From the NCBI GenBank assembly GCA_963828255.1, contig CAWHDZ010000026.1, forward strand, positions 32,001 through 96,000: 64,000 bases of DNA, written 5' to 3'. This DNA is from an uncultured delta proteobacterium (GTDB taxonomy: Bacteria > Myxococcota > Myxococcia > Myxococcales > Anaeromyxobacteraceae). This document shows, one piece after another, positions 58,651 through 64,000 of the stretch (position 1 is the stretch's first letter; each line of letters starts with the position of its first letter). A program made the position numbers and the translations under genes. The notes beneath the pieces were generated by a model that saw nothing but the letters and a program-made list of their open reading frames with translations, made no database searches and was not told the DNA's origin.

Positions 58651-59486
58651 TCTCCGGGCGCACCACCCTCTTCGCGGTCATCGGCTCGCCGGTGGACCAC
58701 AGCCTCTCCCCGGCCATGCAGAACGCCGCCTTCGCGGCCATCGGCTTCGACGGCGCCTACGTGGCCCTGCCGGTCTCCGCCGGCGAGCTCGCGCAGGCGG
58801 TCCAGGGCGCCCGGGCGCTCGGATTCGGCGGCCTGAACGTCACCGTCCCGCACAAGGAGGCGGTGGTGCCCCTCTGCGCCTCCCTCGACGACGTGGCGGC
58901 CCAGGTCGGGGCGGTGAACGTGCTGGCCCGCCACGCCCGCGGCTGGGCCGGCTTCAACACCGACGCACCGGCGGTGCGGGGGCTGCTCACCGACGCCGGG
59001 ATCGGACCCCAGTCCCGGGCGCTGGTGCTGGGAGCCGGCGGCGCGGCCCGGGCCGCCATCTGGGCGCTCGTCGCCATGGGGGCGAACGTGCGGGTCTCGG
59101 CGAGGCGCGCCGGGAGCGCCGACGCCCTGGCCCGCGACATGACCCGCACCCTGGAGCTGCCGGAGGGGTCGATCCGCACGGTGGACTGGGAGGGCGTGGC
59201 GCCCGAGGCCATCCAGTCCGACGCCATCGTGAACGCCACCACGGTCGGCCTGGCGAGCCACGCCGGCGAGCTGCCCGCGCTGGCCTGGAAGACCGGGCAG
59301 GTGGCGCTCGACTTCGTCTACGGGGAGACCGCCTTCGCCCGCTCGGCCCGGGGCAGCGGGGCCCGGCTGGTCACCGGCGAGCAGGTGCTGGTGCGCCAGG
59401 GCGCGCTGGCCTTCAAGATCTGGCTCGGCCGCTCCGCGCCCGAGGACGTGATGGCGAAGGCCATCGTGCGGCACGGAGGGAGGTGA
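58647..59486 (+). CDS. aroE: Shikimate dehydrogenase
   Basis: HSLSP.MQN, NVTVPHK, GAVN, NTD and GAGGAARA. Confidence 0.95.
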   Translation: MISGRTTLFAVIGSPVDHSLSPAMQNAAFAAIGFDGAYVALPVSAGELAQAVQGARALGFGGLNVTVPHKEAVVPLCASLDDVAAQVGAVNVLARHARGWAGFNTDAPAVRGLLTDAGIGPQSRALVLGAGGAARAAIWALVAMGANVRVSARRAGSADALARDMTRTLELPEGSIRTVDWEGVAPEAIQSDAIVNATTVGLASHAGELPALAWKTGQVALDFVYGETAFARSARGSGARLVTGEQVLVRQGALAFKIWLGRSAPEDVMAKAIVRHGGR

Positions 59487-59488
59487 CC

Positions 59489-60634
59489 ATGGCGTTGCGC
59501 TATCTCACGGCGGGTGAATCCCACGGGCCGGCGCTCTGCGCCATCGCCGAGGGCTTCCCGGCCGGCCTCCACCTCGACCTCGCCCGCGTGGACGCGGAGC
59601 TGGCCCGCCGCCAGAAGGGGTACGGGCGCGGCGGCCGCATGCAGATCGAGACCGACCGGGCCCAGTTCCTCTCCGGGATCCGGGGCGGGGTGACGATGGG
59701 GACCCCCATCGCGCTCGTGGTCTGGAACAAGGACCACGAGAACTGGAAGAGCCTCATGTCGCCGGACGCGCGCGGCGGGCCGCGCTTCACCCGGCCTCGC
59801 CCCGGCCACGCCGACCTGCCCGGCGTCCAGAAGTACGGCTTCGACGACGCCCGGGATGCACTGGAGCGGGCCAGTGCCCGGTCCACGGCCGCGACCGTCG
59901 CGCTCGGGGCGCTGGCCCGCCAGCTCCTCGGCCGCTTCGGCATCGAGGTCTCGTCCCGCGTGACCGCCATCGGCGAGCGCTCCGTCCGCGGCGACGGACC
60001 ACCCACGGCGGAGGAGAAGACCGCCATCGAGGCCTCCGACGTCCGCACCGCCGACCCCGCGCTCGCCGGGGAGTGGCGCGCCATCGTCGATCGGGAGAAG
60101 GCGCGGGGTGGCTCCATCGGCGGCGCCTTCGAGATCTGGGCCACCGGGCTCCCCCCCGGCCTCGGCACCTACGCCCACCCGGATCGCCGCCTCGACGGAC
60201 GGCTCGCCGGCGCGCTCTGCGCCATCCCGGCCATCCGCGCCGTGGAGCTCGGAGAGGGGACCCGGGTGGACCTCCCCGGCGACCGGTTCCACGACGCCAT
60301 CCAGCACTCGGCCGAGCGGGGGTTCCACCGCGCCACCAACCGGGCCGGCGGCATCGAGGGGGGCATGACCAACGGCGAGCCGGTCTGCGTCCGGGCCTTC
60401 ATGAAACCCATCCCCACCATGACCACCCCGCTCGGCACGGTGGACCTGGACACCCGCGAGCCGGCCATGGCCCGCTACGAGCGCAGCGACGTCTGCGCCG
60501 TCCCGGCCGCATCGGTGGTGGGGGAGGCGGTGGTCTGCTGGGAGCTCGCCTGCGTCTTCCTCGAGAAGTTCGGGGGGGACGCCGTCGCCGACATCGAGAA
60601 GGCGGTCACGGCCTATGCCGCTCGGATCGGATGA
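59489..60634 (+). CDS. aroC: Chorismate synthase
   Basis: TAGESHG, RPGHAD, N.AGGIEGG.TNG and RSDVC. Confidence 0.97.
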   Translation: MALRYLTAGESHGPALCAIAEGFPAGLHLDLARVDAELARRQKGYGRGGRMQIETDRAQFLSGIRGGVTMGTPIALVVWNKDHENWKSLMSPDARGGPRFTRPRPGHADLPGVQKYGFDDARDALERASARSTAATVALGALARQLLGRFGIEVSSRVTAIGERSVRGDGPPTAEEKTAIEASDVRTADPALAGEWRAIVDREKARGGSIGGAFEIWATGLPPGLGTYAHPDRRLDGRLAGALCAIPAIRAVELGEGTRVDLPGDRFHDAIQHSAERGFHRATNRAGGIEGGMTNGEPVCVRAFMKPIPTMTTPLGTVDLDTREPAMARYERSDVCAVPAASVVGEAVVCWELACVFLEKFGGDAVADIEKAVTAYAARIG

Positions 60635-61112
60635 GACCGTCTCCCTGGCGGGGATGATGGGATCGGGCAAGTCCACCGTGGCCCGCGAGCTCGGCCGCCT
60701 GCTCGGCCGGCGCGTCGTCGACACCGACCAGGAGGTCGAGCGGCGCGCCCGCCGGACGGTTGCGCAGATCTTCGCCGAGCGCGGCGAGCCCGCCTTCCGG
60801 GCGCTGGAGCGGGAGGTGGTGCGCGGTCTCTCCGGGCCGCTGGTGGTCGCGCTGGGGGGCGGCGCGTTCTGCGATTCCGGCAACGCCGAGCACCTCGTCC
60901 GGGTGGGAAGGGTGATCTTCCTCGACGTCTCCCGGGCCGAGGCGGCCCGGCGCATGGGCGAGGGGGACGACCGCCCGCTGGCGCGGCGATGGGAGGAGCT
61001 GCTGCGGGCGAGGCTTTCCCTCTACCGCCGGGCCGCCCTCGCCGTCCGGGTCGATGGCGCGACGTCCGACGCGGTGGCCCGCCGCGTGGCCGGGCTCATG
61101 GGGACTCCGTGA
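60615..61112 (+). CDS. aroK: Shikimate kinase
   Basis: [22 protein letters not shown] and RPL. Confidence 0.94.
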   Translation: MPLGSDETVSLAGMMGSGKSTVARELGRLLGRRVVDTDQEVERRARRTVAQIFAERGEPAFRALEREVVRGLSGPLVVALGGGAFCDSGNAEHLVRVGRVIFLDVSRAEAARRMGEGDDRPLARRWEELLRARLSLYRRAALAVRVDGATSDAVARRVAGLMGTP

Positions 61113-62185
61113 GCACGATCCTCGAGGCCCGGCAGCAGGGGCACGCCTACCAGGTGGCGGTCGGGCCGGCGGCCCGGCGCATCGCCGGGTTCACGGAGGG
61201 TCGAGACCGGGTCGCGCTCGTCACCTGCGCCCGCGTGCTCGCCACCCCGCACGGGGAGCGGTTCGCCGCCGCGCTGGCCCGGGCGGCCCCCCTCGCCGTC
61301 ACCGTGATCCTCCCCGACGGGGAGCGCGGCAAGACCCTGGCCGTCCTGGAGCGCTCGGCCACCAGGCTGATGCGCGCCGGCCTGACCCGGCGCAGCCTCC
61401 TCCTGGGGCTGGGCGGGGGGGCGGTCACCGACGCGGCCGGCTTCCTCGCGGCCGTCTTCATGCGCGGGATCGACTGGCTCGCCGTCCCCACCACGGTCCT
61501 CGCCATGGTGGACGCGGCGCTGGGGGGCAAGACCGCGGTGAACCTGCCGCTCTCCAAGAACGCGGTGGGCGCCTTCCACCCCCCGGTGGGCGTGCTCGCC
61601 GACCCGGCCTCGCTCGCCACCCTCCCTCCCCGGGAGCTGCGCAGCGGTCTCGGGGAGGTCCTGAAGTACGGATTCCTCCGGCCGGAGATCCTGCCGGGGC
61701 TCGCCGCCGAGGCCCGGGCCGGCCGGGCCGGGGAGCGCACCATCGCCTCGTGTGCGGGGGTGAAGCTCGAGATCGTGGAGCGGGACCCCCGGGAGAAGGG
61801 CGAGCGGAAGCTCCTCAACCTGGGGCACACCTTCGGCCACGGGGTCGAGGCGGCCGGAGGGTTCAGCCGCTTCACGCACGGGGAGTCGGTGGCCATCGGG
61901 ATGGCCTTCGCCTTCCGGCTGGCGCGGGTGCTCGGGAGGGTGGGAACTTCCGAGGTCGAGATGGTCGAAACGGTCTTGCGTGGGGCGGGCCTTCCCGTGT
62001 CTGTCGACCCTTCCGCTGCGCGGAAGGCTCGACTGCTCATGACCCACGACAAGAAACGCTCGGCGGCGGGGCTGCTCTGGGTGCTGCCGATTCGCCGCCC
62101 CGGCGGCTGGGCGGTAGAGTGGGACGTCGTCGCCGACCCCGCTGCAGTCCGGGAGGCGGCGCGGGAGATCGGGAGGGCGGGATGA
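61109..62185 (+). CDS. aroB: 3-dehydroquinate synthase
   Basis: GGGAVTD, VPTT.LAMVDAA.GGKT, LNLGHTFGH, HGE.V and DKK. Confidence 0.95.
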   Translation: MSTILEARQQGHAYQVAVGPAARRIAGFTEGRDRVALVTCARVLATPHGERFAAALARAAPLAVTVILPDGERGKTLAVLERSATRLMRAGLTRRSLLLGLGGGAVTDAAGFLAAVFMRGIDWLAVPTTVLAMVDAALGGKTAVNLPLSKNAVGAFHPPVGVLADPASLATLPPRELRSGLGEVLKYGFLRPEILPGLAAEARAGRAGERTIASCAGVKLEIVERDPREKGERKLLNLGHTFGHGVEAAGGFSRFTHGESVAIGMAFAFRLARVLGRVGTSEVEMVETVLRGAGLPVSVDPSAARKARLLMTHDKKRSAAGLLWVLPIRRPGGWAVEWDVVADPAAVREAAREIGRAG

Positions 62186-62718
62186 TCCTGCTGTTGAACG
62201 GACCGAACCTGAACCTGCTCGGGGAGCGGGAGCCGGTGCTCTACGGCTCCACCACCCTCCGTGACATCGAGCGCATGGTCACCGAGACCTGCGCGGCCTA
62301 CGGCCGCGAGGTGCGGTGCTACCAGTCGAACCACGAGGGCGCCCTCATCGATTTCGTCCAGGAGCACCGCAAGGAGGCCCGCGGCCTGATCGTCAATCCC
62401 GGGGCCTTCACCCACTCGAGCTACGCGCTGCACGACTGCCTGAAGTCGATCTCCTTCCCGGTGGTCGAGGTGCACGTCACCAACGTCCACGCCCGCGAGG
62501 AGTGGCGGCGCCAGGACCTCATCGCACCGGCCACCCGCGGGCAGATCGTGGGGCTCGGCCCGGCCGGCTACTACTACGCCGCGGTCTGGCTCTGCAGCCA
62601 GGCCGCCGACCCGGTCCTCGGCGAGTACGACGCCGACGCGGAGCCGGTCGAGGCCTCCCCGGACGACGTCAAGGCCGACGAGACGCCGCCCCCCGTCGGC
62701 GGCGACTACGAGGGATAG
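62182..62718 (+). CDS. aroQ: Type II 3-dehydroquinate dehydratase with acidic C-terminal tail
   Basis: LNGPNLNLLG.RE...YG, QSNHEG, NPGAFTH and EVH..N...RE. Confidence 0.96.
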   Translation: MILLLNGPNLNLLGEREPVLYGSTTLRDIERMVTETCAAYGREVRCYQSNHEGALIDFVQEHRKEARGLIVNPGAFTHSSYALHDCLKSISFPVVEVHVTNVHAREEWRRQDLIAPATRGQIVGLGPAGYYYAAVWLCSQAADPVLGEYDADAEPVEASPDDVKADETPPPVGGDYEG

Positions 62719-62726
62719 CGGGCCCG

Positions 62727-63731
62727 ATGCCCCGGGCGGCCGTCCTGCTGCCGGCCCGCGACGCCGCGGCCACCGTGCGCGCGGCCGCCATCTCCATCCT
62801 GCGGCAGGGATTCCGCGACCTCGCGCTCGTGGCCGTGGACGACGGCTCGACCGACGGCACCGGCGAGATCCTCGAGGCGCTCTCCCGGCGCGACCGGCGG
62901 GTCCGGGTGATCCACGGGCCGGGGGAGGGGATCGCCTCCGCCCTGAACCGGGGGCTGGCCCGCTGCGACGCAGAGGTGGTGGTGCGGATGGACGCCGACG
63001 ACGTGGCTCATCCACGAAGGGTGGAAAGGCAGGTCGCGGCCCTCGAGGCGGATCCGTCGCTCGCCGCGGTGGGGTCCCGCGTCCGGCTCTTCCCGCGGGG
63101 CGACGTGGCGGGGGGGATGACCCGCTACGCCGCCTGGTTGAACGGGCTCGTGACCCCGGAGCTCGTGGCCCGGGACCTGCTCGTCGAGGCGCCCCTCGTC
63201 CACCCGGCCTCGGCCATCCGTCGCCGGGTGCTCGCCGACGCAGGGGGCTTTCGCGACGGCGACTTCCCGGAGGACTACGACCTCTGGCTGCGCCTCTCCG
63301 CCGCCGGACACCGGCTCTCGAACCTCCCCGAGGTCCTGCTCGACTGGCGCGAGTCGCCCTCCCGGCTCACCCGGACCGACGGCCGCTACGCCATCGCCCG
63401 CCACGTGGCGCTCAAGGCGGCCTGGCTGGCCGAGGGCCCGCTCTCCGACCGCCGCGAGGTGGCGATGTGGGGCGCGGGCGAGACCGGCCGGGCCTTCGCC
63501 CGCGCGCTCTCGGGGCACGGCGTCCGCGTCGTGCTCTTCCTCGAGGTGGACCGGAAGAAGATCGGCCGGACCGTGCTCGGGACGCCGGTGGTCTCCTACG
63601 AGGAGGTGGAGCGGGCGCGCGGGCTCCCGCTCCTCGTCGCCGTCGGGGCGCCCGGGGCGCGGGAACTCATCCGCGCCGAGCTCGGCCGCAGGGGCTTCGA
63701 GGAGATCCGCGACTACCGCTGCGTGGCCTGA
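62727..63731 (+). CDS. Glycosyltransferase family 2 with C-terminal Rossmann-like domain
   Basis: VDDGSTD, RMDADD and EDYDLWLR; C-terminal WGAG..G. Confidence 0.9.
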   Translation: MPRAAVLLPARDAAATVRAAAISILRQGFRDLALVAVDDGSTDGTGEILEALSRRDRRVRVIHGPGEGIASALNRGLARCDAEVVVRMDADDVAHPRRVERQVAALEADPSLAAVGSRVRLFPRGDVAGGMTRYAAWLNGLVTPELVARDLLVEAPLVHPASAIRRRVLADAGGFRDGDFPEDYDLWLRLSAAGHRLSNLPEVLLDWRESPSRLTRTDGRYAIARHVALKAAWLAEGPLSDRREVAMWGAGETGRAFARALSGHGVRVVLFLEVDRKKIGRTVLGTPVVSYEEVERARGLPLLVAVGAPGARELIRAELGRRGFEEIRDYRCVA

Positions 63732-63738
63732 TGGCGCC

Positions 63739-64000
63739 TCACCGGCTCAGTGCCGTCTTGGGCGCGAGCCGCTTCTTCATGGCCTTGGCCTCGGCGAGGC
63801 GCGGCAGGTCGGGGTCGGCGCGCTGCCAGAGCCGGAGCAGCTCGTCCACCCGCTCGCGGGCCCGTGCCCTGTCCCCAATCCGCTCGTAGGCCACCGCCAG
63901 CAGGTACAGGCCGGTCGCACGGAGGGTCGCCATGGAAGACACGAAGGGCGTGAAACCGATCGCGCGCGCCTGCTCGAGCGCGGCGATGGCGGCCTCGTTC
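63739..64000 (-). CDS. C-terminus of a TPR-like helical protein (start outside the window)
   Basis: Open frame from the window edge: ...LYLLAVAYERIGDRARARERVDELLRLWQRADPDLPRLAEAK. Confidence 0.7.
   Translation of the reverse strand, partial: NEAAIAALEQARAIGFTPFVSSMATLRATGLYLLAVAYERIGDRARARERVDELLRLWQRADPDLPRLAEAKAMKKRLAPKTALSR

Overview
Very GC-rich bacterial chromosomal DNA. Gene content and order, and the Gly-rich S18 N-terminus, suggest an Anaeromyxobacter-like myxobacterium (Myxococcota); this is an inference. The window is mostly core genome: ispE-spoVG-prs-rplY-pth-rpsF-rpsR; a GH57/GalT-like/glgA alpha-glucan locus; thiO, tetR and dinB; a complete hprK-rapZ-Man-family PTS operon; metK-uppP-nudix-manC-pmm; rqcH (NFACT); two GT-C glycosyltransferases with DedA; argC/argB; astA-dtd-HIT; a Liv-type ABC transporter with two adenylate-forming enzymes; and an eight-gene shikimate/aromatic cluster. 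Two small decayed accessory patches hold an HNH endonuclease pseudogene, a frameshifted tfoX-like gene and a vapBC relic. I saw no rRNA, tRNA or CRISPR array. The most notable item missing from the ORF track is a 24-aa Lys/Ala micropeptide gene (MAAKKKAVKKAPAKKKAVKKAKKK). It has a strong RBS, a sigma54-like promoter and two tetraloop hairpins, and lies directly upstream of rqcH and a coupled HExxH metalloprotease. A second cross-window pattern is a TAnnnT -10 hexamer 6-9 nt before many SD-less start codons, suggesting leaderless mRNAs. All calls come from reading motifs by eye; no database search was run.
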